Shown here piece after piece: positions 38,081-52,108 of a stretch of DNA of 64,000 nt. Both the position numbers and the translations under genes were made by a program. The notes beneath the pieces are model-generated. The model worked only from the letters and a program-made list of their open reading frames with translations, had not been told where the DNA came from and did no database searches. Each line of letters opens with the position of its first letter. The stretch's first letter is position 1. This DNA is from Pseudovirgaria hyperparasitica (lineage: Eukaryota), in the NCBI GenBank assembly GCA_010093815.1, contig ML996565.1; one strand, 5' to 3'.

Positions 38081-40369
38081 GTTGTTTGGCGTTTCAGGTC
38101 ACTCCTTATGATAGTTATTGACATCCTTCTCCACACTTCGAAATGGTCGTGTGCCGCCTTCGGTCATATATTCTTTCATAAGCCAGGTTTAGTTCCGGCT
38201 CCGGAGTATGAATCGACGAGAGGAGTGTATAGAATAGACAGTGGCCGGCGTGAGAAGAATTTACATATCAATGATGTAGCAAATGTGTAATGTAGAGACG
38301 TTGGGATGTGGGGTTAGGGAGGAGGAACTTGCATATTACGCCGAAAGGCAGAAAAAAGTAAAGGTATAGAGAGCGACATCTCATCTAATAAGAGGACAGT
38401 AATCAAGCAGGGAATGAATGTATAAAAGGAGCGGAGAGAAACTGGGGGGCGTCCCAACTGTATGGAAGTGTGCGGAGAAACCATGCCCAAGCGCAGGTGA
38501 CGAGCATAGCGACCATGGATTCGTACGAATGCAAGCCCAAGGAACGCCCAGTTGGTCGTAGGGCGCCCACTGCGTTCAGAGCGGCAGAGCCTCCTATGAC
38601 CTAGACAATTCTAAGCTCGTCAGGCGCCTCTTTGGCACGGAAAGTTTTGCTTCCAGAAGACCAATTACATGCCAGATCTTCTTCCTTCATGGCCATTTGC
38701 CGCTTGGCAAGTCCTTGCAAGGCTGACTGCAGCAGCGTCAGCAAAGATAGAGTCAGTTCTTTCACCACTATTATTTATCGCCTTCAGAACTTGTAGGCTT
38801 ACAAGCACTAAGCATGCCCTGCCAAACTTCGGCCACTGACATGGATCGTAGTTCCAATTGCAGAACAAGGCCAAGTGCTGCAAATGCACTGAGCAATGAA
38901 TCCCAGCCATCGACCCTTGAGCTGAGCACAGCAAGTGAATATGTACGACCTCACTGGTGTTGCGAACCAACGTTTGCATTTTTGTTTAGTAAGTAAGACT
39001 GTGCCGTAGATGGGGCATGACCGCATGCCCTCCTGTCATCAGTCCTTTCACAATACAAGTCCCTTGTGTAGGTGCAGTCATGGTTCTACGGCACAGCTGT
39101 CTTGAGGGGATGTTGAAACCAACCCTGACTGAGATCAGCAGGGCGAGACCAGCTCGATCATGCCGGCACGTTTCGTTGTAGCATTAAGGACTGAGCAGTC
39201 TCCAAAGACTGTCACAGAGCCCACACGAGTGGCTGTCTCCCATGTCGTCACGTTGCTTGTTATTAATACCAGAATGCCCCTCTAGCAACAGCGTCAGCGT
39301 TATTGCAGATCGCGCCCGGCGGAATTCAATATCTTCTTTACGTGAGGCAGAAGGTCTTGCTCGGCCGAGGCGCAGCTTGAATACAGGCACTCTGCTCTGA
39401 CGTTTGACGTCTCATCCGGAGAAATTTTCCATCCAACGCTGCCCATTTCTGGAGTTGCTGAGCTGAGGACACGCCAGCAAGGCAAAGGGCTGACCAGTCA
39501 GCTTGCTGATGAGAACGCCGATTCAACACACAGCAGCCGCCCTGGCCAAAGCGGATGTAGAGCTGGACGGGACTGGGGGTGGTATTGCGGCGTATACATG
39601 CAGGATCATGGATGCGATCTGTCCTTCAAGCGAACGATTCTCGGCACCAGGTCTTTGCGGGGAAGGGGTACCTACATACACGCACCACACGGTCCCCACG
39701 CATGCACAATTTAATGAACTTTTAATACATACCGCGCGCTTCCCGCTGCGCCTAGCAACATATACATATATATCAACTCTACAGTCTTTCCGTCGAGTAT
39801 GTCGCTCTGCGTTACAATGTGACGAATGTTGTCGAGCAGTCCCAGGGATCGAGTGGTGAGGACTTGGCGCTACCTTACTTCGAGCGATCTTTGCTCGATT
39901 GTCAACGGACCGCCTCAATCTGCAAAGGCAACACACGGGGTCAAATGATATTATGCTCAATCTCATCTAGACATATGCGGCCAAACTTGAGCAGATCTGC
40001 TTTCGACACCGAGGTAAGTTAAGCGTAGTCAATGCATGGACCATATCAACCCCTTGCCAGGTAAGGCTATCTATAGTTAAAGGAGCACTGTACTAATCGC
40101 TGCACAGAGCTTGAGCGAGCATGCAGCTACATTGTCATCGCGCATTGTGTCATCGCAGCAATGCCTCTACGCAATATCAAATCTATAAGCCTTCGCAAGA
40201 GATTCCAACCCTCTGCGCTTCATCCAAATCGGCGTTTGACGTAGTATGTCTATGTTTGTATCCCCCCAAATGGCATGCTTGTCCGTTTAGATCGACAAGC
40301 TCTACAAAATTCGAAGTATCGGCGTGACTCGGAGCATGTACAAAGGAAGAGATTCGACCTTTTCGTGCG

Positions 40370-41522
40370 CTATAATTTCTCTTCGACATCCTTGCTCAAT
40401 ATTCGATCTTCGACCTTGCGCATCCATTTGTTGGTCTGTTCTGCAAGACTCAGCGTGAGAATCTAAACGCGTTAGCTTGGACTTCTGTCTGCGCAATTTA
40501 AGACCGACCGTATGCGGCAATATCCGAGCCAGATGCGCCGTGAACCCCTTGTACAACGAAAACACTCCCTCAGTCTTTACCGTGCGTGTTAGACAGTCGA
40601 ATGCGCTGTTATAAAGATTTCCCGTCTGGTTGTACATTCGGGACATGACAGTGTCGGGCGGATGCATGACACAGCACACGACGAAACCGCTGGCTGTACT
40701 GCTGGCTAGGTGCAGAGCTGGTCCTTCTTCCATGCCTAGATGTTTTACCAAGCGCCTCTTTGCGAAGAAGTAGGTCGGGAGCTGCACAGAGCTGCCGAAT
40801 CCAGTACGGATCATTGCAGGCCCCACCCCTCGGTACAAACCTTTCACGCCTTCGCCTTTGTAGATTTGTGTCATGCCATCCCATGCATTCTTGTATTGAT
40901 GTTGTGTACCGACTGGAAGGAAAGGCGAATATGATTGGAGACGTGTTTTCACGAGGAAGAATGGTGATCCAGCCATTGCGCCCAGTATGCCTGAAGCAGC
41001 GCCAGAAAAGATGTTTACGCCAAAGGACTGTACGGTAGGATCGCGGAATATAAGGGTCGTTATGCTTTGGCGAAGGGGTTCATAGAAGCCTAAACGGCAT
41101 CCGTTCAGAGTCATCTGATAGATATACTTCGCGAGAATTCGACGTCAGCTTTGCGCAGGAAATGTAGTTCCCCTAGTGTTCGTACCGCACATGAAAGCCC
41201 TCGTAGTAGCCCTTTTATGCCTTCATTCTTCGTGATCACTCCAACGCCGTGAAGTACACCCTTATACATCCGAGGAGCTTCCCCTTTGGCTTTGAGTTCT
41301 CCCTGTAACTGTAGACTGCTCTTTCGTCAGCCGACTACGACCTCGTGAGGACAAGCTGCACCGACCGAATCTTGACCGTCTCGAATCCATGAGTGACCGT
41401 GACTGCACCACAAGCCGCAACACCACCGGCGATGAATGCCCTACGAGTCATTAGAAACGCATACTCCTTCGCGCACCTATTTTAAGGCGGATGTGGACAA
41501 CACACCCTAATGTGGTGGACAT
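40370..41522 (-). CDS. OAC1: Mitochondrial oxaloacetate/sulfate/isopropylmalate carrier
   Basis: MSTTLG|AFIAGGVAACGAVTVTHGFETVKIR, LQLQGEL, LNGCRLGFYEP, GSPFFLVKTRLQ, HPPDTVMSRMYNQ, ARILPHT; four short introns. Confidence 0.92.
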
Positions 41523-41731
41523 GATGAGGCCCGAAGCCAACGGAGTCGTGAACAACCAGAACGGTGTTTTCAGTAGTAATTGATGGCTCCGAATATATCT
41601 CTGCGATTACAGTGACTCTTGCGATTCGTACAGAATGTTGACAATGCTCCGGAGACGCTGGGAGCTGAGTGTGCAATTGATGACAGAATCGTAGGATGAT
41701 AGCTTGGCGAGACACTTTTGTGTTGCGCTGA

Positions 41732-41741
41732 CCGACTTCGG
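41732..41741. promoter_or_regulatory. Leu3/LeuB-type site CCG-N4-CGG in the OAC1/SWD2 divergent promoter
   Basis: CCGacttCGG about 210 bp upstream of the OAC1 ATG. Confidence 0.55.
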
Positions 41742-41973
41742 CTTTAGACTTTCGACCCTAGGCCGCGGCTACTGACGTCGCCAGTCTTACGCGCCAATTC
41801 GCCTAAGCGCGGGAGCACGCGTGTATCATGAATCCTGCTCCGTTTGCATCTTTCTCCGAAGCATGCCCCCAAAATAGCTTCATCACACACACTAAAGATC
41901 CTCGAGATGCCACATTAATATACTGGAAGCTGTTATACCTCTAGACGGAGGTATCTGGACACTCACATCATTC

Positions 41974-43130
41974 ATGGCGGCAGGACCACAAGCTAGCGGA
42001 GCTCCTCCAGCCCAGAAAGTGCAAGATGTGATAACCACCTTCAGACCTCATCGTGTATGTTCAAGCTTGTCTGTGTCCAGGGGAGCCATCTAACTAGAGG
42101 CTCGCAGCGCTTTAGGACAGAACCAAAATGCAACATCACATCCATAGACTTCGACGACACAGGCGAACTCGTCATCGTGGCGCGAGACGACGACACTTTA
42201 CAACTCTATAATTTGTCTCAGGGGAAACATGCGAAAGAGCTGAAATGCCAGAAGTATGGAGTCCACTTGGCTAAGTTCTCGCATCATTCTCAGAGCATCG
42301 TCCATGCCAGCAGCCGCATTGACTCCAAGAAATCGGACGTTGACAACCATGCCATCCGTTACCTGACCACACATGACAACTCATACCTCAGATACTTCCG
42401 CGGTCATACGGATACAGTTACTTGTATTGCACTATCGCCATCAAGTGATGAGTTTCTGTCATGTAGCAAAGACAACTCTGTTCGATTGTGGAACTTGAAG
42501 TCAAGCAACTGTCAAGGCATGCTGAAGTTACACGGCGCATACCTCGCCGCGTATGACCCATCTGCTACGGTCATTGCCATAGCCTCTCCTGCAACATCAT
42601 CGGTCCTTCTCTACGACAAGAACAATTACGACAAAGCCCCATTTGCTACGTTTGATCTCCAACCATTCGAGAGGGTGTACACCGAGAAGTCTATTGGTCG
42701 GGGCTGGACAAAGATTGAATTTTCAAATGATGGCAAGAGCCTACTTGTAGCGACGAACGGACTTGGCCATTTCGTTCTGGATGCGTTCGAAGGTAACCTG
42801 ACACATTTCTGCATTCGCCGGGGGAAAATGAGTGGGCGTCGGGCACCAGGAGAATCGGGTGACGATTCACGGCCGGTCGGTCAAGGTGATGTCTGCTTAT
42901 CACCAGATGGGAAATTCGTGCTTGGAGGAAGTGGAGAAGAAGGCCTGCAAATATGGGATATAAGCTCTACAATAAGTGTCACCGACAAAATGTTGATGCC
43001 CCTGGACAAAATACCTGGCCCTGGTCAAGGAAGAGCATCTGTGGTGGCATACAATCACAGATTCAATCTGATATGTACCGCAGATAAGGATCTGACCGTA
43101 TGGTTGCCTGATCCTGATGCAGCGGACTGA
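41974..43130 (+). CDS. SWD2: WD40 protein Swd2/WDR82 (COMPASS and CPF subunit)
   Basis: ITSIDFDDTGE, KYGVHL, IRYLTTHDNSYLRYFRGH, SKDNSVRLW, EFSNDGKSLL. Intron 42055-42107. Confidence 0.92.
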
Positions 43131-43746
43131 AGGGTGAAGAAATCCTTAAAAATCAGGCGTTCAGGGCAGTAGATAAAAGGTTTCGGTTCATCATGGCTAC
43201 GTATACCCTGATATGAGATGATTATTTTCTTTACCTTCACATTTCTTCGGTTTTTCAAAGATGACGCGGAGTCATCTTCGTTCATAACTCATCCCGACTT
43301 CACAGCATGTGCTACTTTATTACCTATTGTCTTTCCCGTCAAGTCACAATACGATATACGATTCTGCTCCCATACTTTAGGATCCCTTGCGTCGGCAGCC
43401 GTCGAGAACTCACTTGCAACCACTGTGTCCACCAGCCACCCAAGAGCGTTATTCAGCCAAGTTTGCGCATAAATCAGAGCATCCTGGACCAACATCCTTG
43501 TCGTTTAGCATCTTTTCTGAATAGAACAAGTTGGTAAATTACTGAATAGCCCAACGTCTAGACGGAGATAGTCGTGATAATAAACTGGAAGCCACTCGCC
43601 CCTGACGGTCTTCATCTTGATTGAAACTCGGTATCCACGATCATAATTCCCAGTCTAGGACAGCAACTTCAGGTCTCCTACCAAGCGCACCTAACAATTG
43701 GGATCACCAACCAGAAGTACTCCATATCCATTCATAAAAACTCAAA

Positions 43747-44959
43747 ATGCATTTCATCGAACCAGAAGATATCTCTGACAGCGAGTCATCGTCTGGCGTA
43801 AGTATTGCATCACCCAATTGAACACTCCCGCTAATGTTTCAGGGTGTCGATCTCCCCCTTGAGGCATTCGAAGAAGACATATCTGCCAAAGACAGAATTC
43901 ACAAGTTGCCCCGGAATGTCAAAACCCTCCGTGCAATCCGCATACATTATCTTCCGCGACTCAGCCGTCGCCAACGCTGCCAGATAGGCAGCAGACTTTG
44001 CGAGCTGTCTAGTGCGTTCGACACTGTAGACCTATCGAAAGGCACCGATGAAGGCACTGCGCTTGGTTATACTGTGGAACCTGTCCCGAAGCTGCGAGCA
44101 CAAATTCCAGATGCATTGCTCTACACAGAAGACATGATAGAAAGAGGCTGCCCTGTAAGGGGCTGGTCCGACATGAGCACCCTTAACCGCTTCCTTTTCC
44201 GCTTCGAAGAGTACTTCTCGTGCGACGAGTTGATCAAGGGGCTGAACAAATCCATACTCGTCACAATTGTACGCGCCCTCTCTACAACGCTTCCTCACTC
44301 CCTCTTTCCCTCCAACACACATCCCGCAATGCTAACATCTAAATAACAAGGCCAAAGTCGACCGAGTCACCCGCCAGATCACCATCTCCGAGCAATACGC
44401 CGCAAACCTCTACTTCCTTTACAACCACGACCTCTTCCCGGAAGCTTTCGACGAGCACGGCGAACGCCGCACACGCGCCTCCTTTCTCGAAAGCCATTTC
44501 GAGCCCTTCGCCGCAGACATCACGCACACCCTCAGCCGAGCCGCCGCCGACATCGAGGCCCTGCGCCCGTGCCTCACCACCCTCAAATCATACGCCGAGC
44601 TACTTAGCGTGCCCTCGTCCGAGATCCAGCGCCTACACTGGAAACACCGCGAGCAGCTTAACGCGTATATGGTGAAGGTGGATGAGGAAATTGCGCATCG
44701 GGCGCGGCATTATGGATTGCTTGTGCTGTATGCTGTGCAGTTGGAGCTGCGCAGAGAGAGGTTTTTGATGACGGAGAAGAGTGTGTTGGATGGGTTGAAT
44801 AGGATGATGGCGGATGCTGTGCGTGTGAGGGTGTTTATGGCGGAGATTAGGGGATGGGTGGAGGAGGGGGGACGAGTGGGTTGGGTGCATGGCATGGTGG
44901 AGAGGGCGAGGGAGAAGGTTGTCAGTGGGGGATGGATGGGTTGTGGGAATAGGTTTTGA
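43747..44959 (+). CDS. Hypothetical (orphan-like) protein
   Basis: Three exons (43747-43797, 43843-44267, 44351-44959) join in frame through canonical introns with ctaat/ctaac branch sites; no family recognised. Confidence 0.65.
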
Positions 44960-46922
44960 TGGCAATCGTTCGCTATATGTGGACAGGGCGTGCAAGATCT
45001 TAGGTCTTTTGGGTTTTCACTGGGGAGTTGAAGGTTGCTTTGTTTGCAACGCGATCGATGGCGTTCACGGACTTGGGTTGATGGCACTTTGGGCTCTCTG
45101 GTTCCGCTGCTATTGCATATCTCATAGTATGCAATATCTCGGGTGGTGCATCAATATCTACATATTTCATTCTATTTCGTGGATATATTCACTGACCTGC
45201 TTTGCATATACATGCTGTCCTCCTATGATTCCTTCACAAAGTTCCACATGATAGGGCTGAGCTATCTGAAACGTGATAATTACTAACTTCCTTGCTATGT
45301 ACGGTTTATCTTGAACAGTCTTGTTGCAGTGGAACATACACTACCTGGATGCCCAAGAAGTCATGATCTCATTCTCCTCACAAAGCAGAGCAAAGTGCAG
45401 ATCCTAAACCAGTCGCCATCGCCCATCCCGCCATTCACAATAACACAAGCCTCAAGAGGCACGAATGTAGCAGAAGAGCAACCCAATGAATACAAGTTGT
45501 AATGATTTGCGAGCATTATTGGCGCAGTCGCAGTCAAAGCATGTCAATCGATGACATACATCCCTTTCGCACGGTTGGGCGTCAATACGACAAAACCTCG
45601 TGGCAATCACCTGCATAACCGCGCCCCTTATCGTGTCAAAGTTTGCATAGTCGAAAGGTTGATGGTGAGGCGGAGAAGGAGATCTCGGGTATCAATAGGT
45701 AAGAGTAAAAGAGAGCTAGACGTTTAGGTGCGAGACGCAGGATCTCCGGGAACGGGTAGGACCGACAGGGGGCTGTGGTGTGCAGAAATAGCGGGCAGGG
45801 GCAGAAAATAGCGGGAGGGGCAGCCTATTGCGAGCTGGTTTGGGGCGTCCAAGGGGGAGTGTCAGGGGGTTTGTTTGCTGCCGGTTCGGCGGGAGCGTGG
45901 CCGCCAAGCTGGAGGGAGGCAGCCACAGGGGCAGCTATGGGCTTGTGCTCGGCCTCGACACTCTGCACATGAATTCACCTGGAATACAGCCAAATAATAC
46001 AATAGTGAGTGAGTGAGAGAGGGAGGGAGAGAGTGTTCGGCTTCTCACAAGACTTCAACTCGTCGCCATGCAAGTGAAGGCATGAATCTTGCTTGTTTCG
46101 GATACAAGCAAGCACCAGCACCAGCACCAAAGTCAGCGTCAGCCATACATACGCGCCATCACAGACAGCGCCAGGGCGCCTGGACAGACTTGACAACTTG
46201 ACACACTTGACAGGCGTGGCAATTGTGCTTGATACTTTTTCGTGGACGCCTCAGAATGCAGAGTAGGAAGCAGACGTGGACAACTGATGTCGATGTGGGA
46301 ATGCATCAGCAGATGGGTGACATGAGGCAGGAAACACGGCCGTTGGATACGATGGAATATACTTTTACTATAGACATGGACCAGGTTCGAAACATGGCGA
46401 GCCTTTAGCAGTGACAGTGAGCAGAGCCGAGGAGAAGTGTATCTAGTAGTACTAATTATGTATGGATTTCAGGGATTTCAAACAAGGGACCTCCCTTTCC
46501 TCTCCCTCCAAGGCTCAGGGCATCAATAGCGCTATCCCTACACCACAACTGGCACTGGCCAGCACAGGCCACTTTTTGCCCTCATAGCACCCACCGCTTC
46601 CCGAACTTCGAACTTCTTTTGCTTGTCATCCTGTCTGCAAAGCTATCACTATCCCCTCAAGCCTCGCACTTCAACACTCCTCTCTCTGCAGAGGTCTGAA
46701 GGCCATTGTTATTACATTCGACACGCTGCGGACTCGCCGTCGATGTCAGTATTCCTCCCCCACCCTTCTCGACAACCTCGATAGCCCCCGATGCCCTCCG
46801 ATCCTCTCTATATCACTATCCAGTCTCCGTACCCCTGATGAGCACGGCCCTGTCACACACGCCGACATCCTTCTTTCATCAAAACTTCGGAGGACCCTGC
46901 AGGTCTTGAATGAGTCTGCAGC

Positions 46923-49900
46923 ATGGCTCTGAATGGTCTCGATAATCCGAAATTGACTGAAGCCTACCAGTCTGCGCTGTCCGAGGCTGGCGGTTGGTAA
47001 GTCGCACCCGACTTCTGCTGCGTTGCGCATCGTCTAACCATTGTCTTCCTATCGTACAGGTTTCTTTTGCGATACGTGTCACGCGACGAGATAGAGCTCT
47101 TGCAAAATGGAACTGGCGGCCTCATTGAAGCTCGGAGTGCTGTCGCTTCCTACGAGAAGCGCTCTCCTCTGTATGGCTTTCTGCTATATCGGCGCCGTAA
47201 GGTGCTTATAAAATACATACCCGAAGGCACTTCGCGACTCTTACAAGGTGGGTTCTAAGATTTGGCCAACATATTTAGCTATCAATTGACAATCAACCAG
47301 CCCGTGTCTCGGTGCATTTTCAGGCCGTCACCGACAAGTTCTCCCCGTACGATTCAATATTTCCCATCAGTGCCCCAGAAGATCTCAATGACATGACACT
47401 TACTGCTGCTTGTGCTCTACACACGGAGAAGCCTCCTGGATCTTCGCACGCAGCTACGCCTTCACCCCGGAAAAAGTTGGATGAGATTGCTGAAGATGCT
47501 GAGGAGACAGAAGAGACGGAGGAGCCAGTAAAGCCAGAACCAGCAGCTAAAATCGCTCCGCCGGCGAGCCTCAAAAGCGAAGTTAATTCGCCATTGACTC
47601 CGCTCACGCCCAACACAGAGCTCCTTAGATCGCCACTCGAAGGGACCGCACCAACTCTGCCTTCACCTGTAGAGTCTCGTGCGGAGGACGTTTCGCTCAC
47701 AATCATAAACCCTCTTGAATCCTCCGATCGTCGACCAAGCGATGCCCCACTTCCACTCTCGAGAACGTCGACGATAGCAAGCGGTTACGACTACGAATCG
47801 CGAGCATCGTCCCAGACCGTGCGTCCATCGGCGTATGATATCTTCGATGTTGGAGCGTTTGCGTATAAACCAAAAGTGAGGCTTGGTCCACGACCAAAAC
47901 AGACTCCAGATACATCTGATGGGAGGCCCAAGACAGCCGGTGCTAGACCGGTATCTACTTTACCGGCAGGCTTGAAGATTGCGCCTCGCAATACCAAAAC
48001 TACGTCAAAAAAAAGAGATTCTGGGGCTCCGCCGAACATTGCACTACCGCCTCCGCCTCCGATTCCTACAACGCCAACATCTATGTACCAACAACATTCG
48101 CCCATGAGCGTAAGATCTCTACCTGCAGCTGTACATAAGTTGGGATCACCTGGCGTTACACAAGAAAAGCAAAGACTCATGAAGGCTGTCGAGATGAGAA
48201 AGAAACAGATGAAAGCGAAGCAGGAACGGGATGCAGCCAAGGCGGTGGCGGCGGCGGAAGCCGCAGCAGCAACACAAGGCGCTGCGCCGGTTGAGGAAGA
48301 AATCGAGCCTAGCCCCTCAGTAGCTGGTGTGTCCCCACCTCGAGTTGTAGTGAGTCGCCATTCCGAGGTAGTGGAAAATCCTCCGAACGTATTAGACGAG
48401 GCCATATTCCACGACCAAAATGCGCGTCGTGATACATCAGAATTAGAGCGAGACGGTTCTGAAAAGCTCGAACCAGAGTTGCAGGCACAAGAAGTCGTGA
48501 AAGAGAGGGAACTAGGAGGGGTCTCCACATCACTTCTTGACCAGCGAAAGTCCGATTCTGCTATTGAGTTGCAAGCTCTAGAATCCGAGGAGCAAAGTTC
48601 CATCGCTACGACATCATCCCCGACATCGATACAAGGTTCGACAACGGATCAATCTACACGGCCGTCATCACTTTCTGAAGAAGATATTCTTCCCTCTAGT
48701 GTATACGTGCCTCCTCCTAAAATTACCGAGACGACAATTGAGCAAGAGAATACGTCTGCACAACTGGACGGCGAGCCGTCACCCCGTAAATCGGTTGACA
48801 GCTCACCAACTGTTGTACCTGAGGAGGGATCTCCAGCCCCATCCAATGCACCGTCCGAAGTACGACACATAAGTCTGCACGAGTGCCCAATTTCGGAGAA
48901 TAAAACAGCGTCCAACTTGTCACCCGAAGATCCTGTGCGAGGGCGGGGCCGAAAGAAGCCAAATCTCACATTGGAGCCATCTTCGTCGCACTCACGAGGG
49001 CCAGGCACCTCTTCATCAACTCGTCGCGAGAAGCGTCACGCGGTTATTCGATCTCAGCTAGGCACTGCAAGTGCTGACAATTCTGACAACGATTCACTCT
49101 CGGACGAAGACTTCATGGATGAGCTCCAAAGTGCCACAGTCCAAGAAGCCAAACCTATCTCTGTCTCCAAGTCTCCCATCTCACCTTTCTTCTCGAATCA
49201 ACGCAAAGGTTCAATTGCAACGCCGATATCCATCATGAGTAGACCTGGGTCTAGCCCCGATGATGATCGACTGGGTCCTAGGCGCACAGCTTCTGGTCGC
49301 GGTGTTCTTGAAATCGCTCGTTCATTTTCAGGTGGCTCTGCTCATTCCAATCTAGAGCACACGCCCGTCACTACTAAACCTCATGTTTCTACTGGCATCT
49401 CGCAACGAATCAAAGCTTTGGCAGAGCAGTCTAGTCGGGATTCAGTCGCGAGTGTCGGCGGATTATCGATCAACGGAGAGCCAAGCAGCGGCACTCCGCT
49501 CCAGACCTCGCAATCTCCGATATCACGAAAAAATTCAGTGAACTCAATAAACACTGTCAGGCCTACTAGGCTTGCTCCTTCCTCTGTCGCCCTATTCCAG
49601 TCAGCGACTTCAGCGGAATCAAAGAACTCGATGGCTCCTCCCGCCCGCGAAACAGTCCATGCGACCGTATACAATGTCGAGCAAAACAGCTACAAGCCAG
49701 ACTCAGTCTCCGTCACCGCACGTATCATTCGAGATGACAGGACCAAGAAGCCTGACCTATCAGTACCGACGGAGCACTCGCCACTTGAACTCCATCAAAG
49801 CCCGCTTATCATCGATCATCAGCCATCAAACAGCCAAGACATATCCAGGTTAAACACCCACTCCCGGCCCAATACAATTGCATCGATGCCAGTTTCGCCG

Positions 49901-50610
49901 ATATCTACTGGGTCGAAGGAATCTTCTACCCCTCTTCCTCCTCGATCGTCCTCGGAGACAGGCTGGCGGTCTCTAGGGAGGAGGAGCGACGCAAAGTCAC
50001 CTCCACCGCTTCTTCGGAATCGTTCAGACGTCAGTCTTGAAGCCCATGACGAAGAGACTAAAGATAAGAAGAAATCAAGAACCAGCCGCTTGATGAAGCG
50101 CATGTCCTCCAGTCTTTCGAATGCTTCTCGAAAGAGTCTGGCTCAAGTCATCAGCCCTATTTCAAAAGACGAAGACGCGGTATCCGAACAGCAACAGGAA
50201 CTGCCCTCAGTCCGCGAACCGCCGCCGGCCATTGAAGTTGGCGATCTCAACGTTCAATTCCCTGACACACTGCTTTGGAAACGCAGATATGTCGAGATAG
50301 ACAGCCAAGGCAATCTTGTCATGTCTGTCTCCAAGACGAATGATAATGTGAGGGGCGTAACGAAACGATTCCACCTCACCGAACTTCACTCGCCATACAT
50401 CCCAGACCTGGAACGGCAAGAACTGCCCAACAGCGTCATGTTGGATTTACTCGATGGCTCTACACTCCAATGTGCCTGCGAAACGCAAGCTGCGCAAGTC
50501 GATGTGTTCCGAGGTGAGCCAAACTCCGTACCAATGTGTTTACGACAACATCTAACAAATCTTTAGTCCTCCGTGAAGCGCACAACGCCTGGCTTACATT
50601 CAGCCAATGA
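46923..50610 (+). CDS. Large protein with N-terminal ADF-H/cofilin-like domain, disordered middle and C-terminal PH-like domain
   Basis: MALNGLDNP..EAYQ..GGW|FLLRYVSRDE..PLYGFLLYRRRKVLIKYIPEGTSRLLQ|ARV, and C-terminal LNVQFPDTLLWKRRYVEID. Introns 46997-47059, 47248-47300 and 50514-50565. Confidence 0.8.
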
Positions 50611-51266
50611 ATCAATTCAACAGCACATCTTGGACTTTAGCGTGTAGTTTCCAAATATGTCCAGCTCCCGACTAGCTTTTCAGCATTGTTCCCTTCCACT
50701 TCTTTCTACTACATAATCATCACGTACGAACACATGGCAGCGCGCTTTCTCTTGATTTGAATAACACGGTTTTGGTATCTGGCAAAAAGGTCCCGATGAA
50801 AGCCAAGACGGCGGTTCTCTTTGTTTAGCGGGAACTACAAGACAGTTTATCTGTCTGAAAATGGCGAGATTGCGCAAGCGTATGGATGGGGAAATACCCG
50901 AGGGCATTGGAAAAAAGGTGTATAGGCATCTTTGTGTAGCTATATACAAGTGAGCGAGAGAGAATGAGCGCTGCATGCAACGAAACGACCAAATAGAAGT
51001 TGTATTTGCAAATATCAGTACAAGTATCGAAAAGCGAATTCTTCTTGACTATAGACTTTCAGCCCTATGGAGGGAGCTTGGGCCTCTGGCCATGTCTCCC
51101 ACCTAACCTCCATGTCCACTTCCGCAATGTCAATACACACCTATACTCTATCTACCCAACTAGACACCACGCCTCAGCAATCGCACTCTCTTCTTTCGCA
51201 ATTCGAAGGAACCTCTCTACCGCCACTCGTCCCCAACCCTTCAAGCAATTAAAATCACATACCACA

Positions 51267-52108
51267 ATGAACCCCGCTCCGCCCGCCCACGCCCACGCAC
51301 CCTCCCTCAAAACCCCCCTCACAACCGCACAGCAACAGCAACAGCTCGCCGCAGGACGCAATGTCTCGCCCTCCCCAGGCCTCCGCTACCCAAGCAACAA
51401 AAAGACAATCTACGACCGCAATCTGAGCAGGAGCAAGAACGCGGAACTCAGCCGCGCCGCATTCGGATATCTGTTTGTCGAGATGATAGGCTATGCGCAG
51501 CGCCGCGTGCGAGGCGTTGCTGATCTGGAGAAACGGTTTGTTTGTCCCTTCGTTGCCCTTACTCTACCCTGGTGCTACTCGTTCTTCTCCCCCTGGATTT
51601 CTCCTCGTTGAAGCAATAGCTAATTCCCCTCTCCCCCAGGCTCAACGCACAGGGCTACCCGCTCGGCCTCAAACTCCTCGACCTCCTCCTTACGCGCTCA
51701 CCACTACCCAGTACCTCGCCCTCGCTGCGACCCACGCGCATCCTCCCTCTACTCCAATTCATCACCACGACGCTCTGGAAACACCTCTTTGGCCGGCCTG
51801 CCGACGCGCTGGAACGCTCCGCCGCAAACGCAGACGAGTACATGATCTCGGACAATGAGCCGCTCGTCAATACGTATATTAGTGTACCTAGGGAGATGAG
51901 CCAGCTCAACTGCGCGGCCTATGTGGCTGGGGTGATTGAGGGCGTGTGTGATGGGGCCGGGTTTGCGACGAGGGGAGTGAGTGCGCATTGGGTTGGGGAA
52001 GGGGGAGGGGAGGGCGGAAAGGGGATGTGGCCAGGGAAGACGGTTTTCTTGATTCGGTTTGCGGATGAGGTGTTGGAGAGGGAAGAAATTTTGGGGAAGA
52101 ATGGCTGA
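51267..52108 (+). CDS. TRS31: TRAPP complex subunit Trs31/TRAPPC5
   Basis: IYDRNL, AFGYLFVEMI, LEKR|LNAQGYPLGLKLLDL, LWKHLFGRPADALE, YISVPREMSQLNCAAYVAGVIEG. Intron 51536-51639. Confidence 0.93.

Noticed and set aside
47791..48603. 270-aa antisense ORF
   Set aside because: Shadow of the long plus-strand CDS
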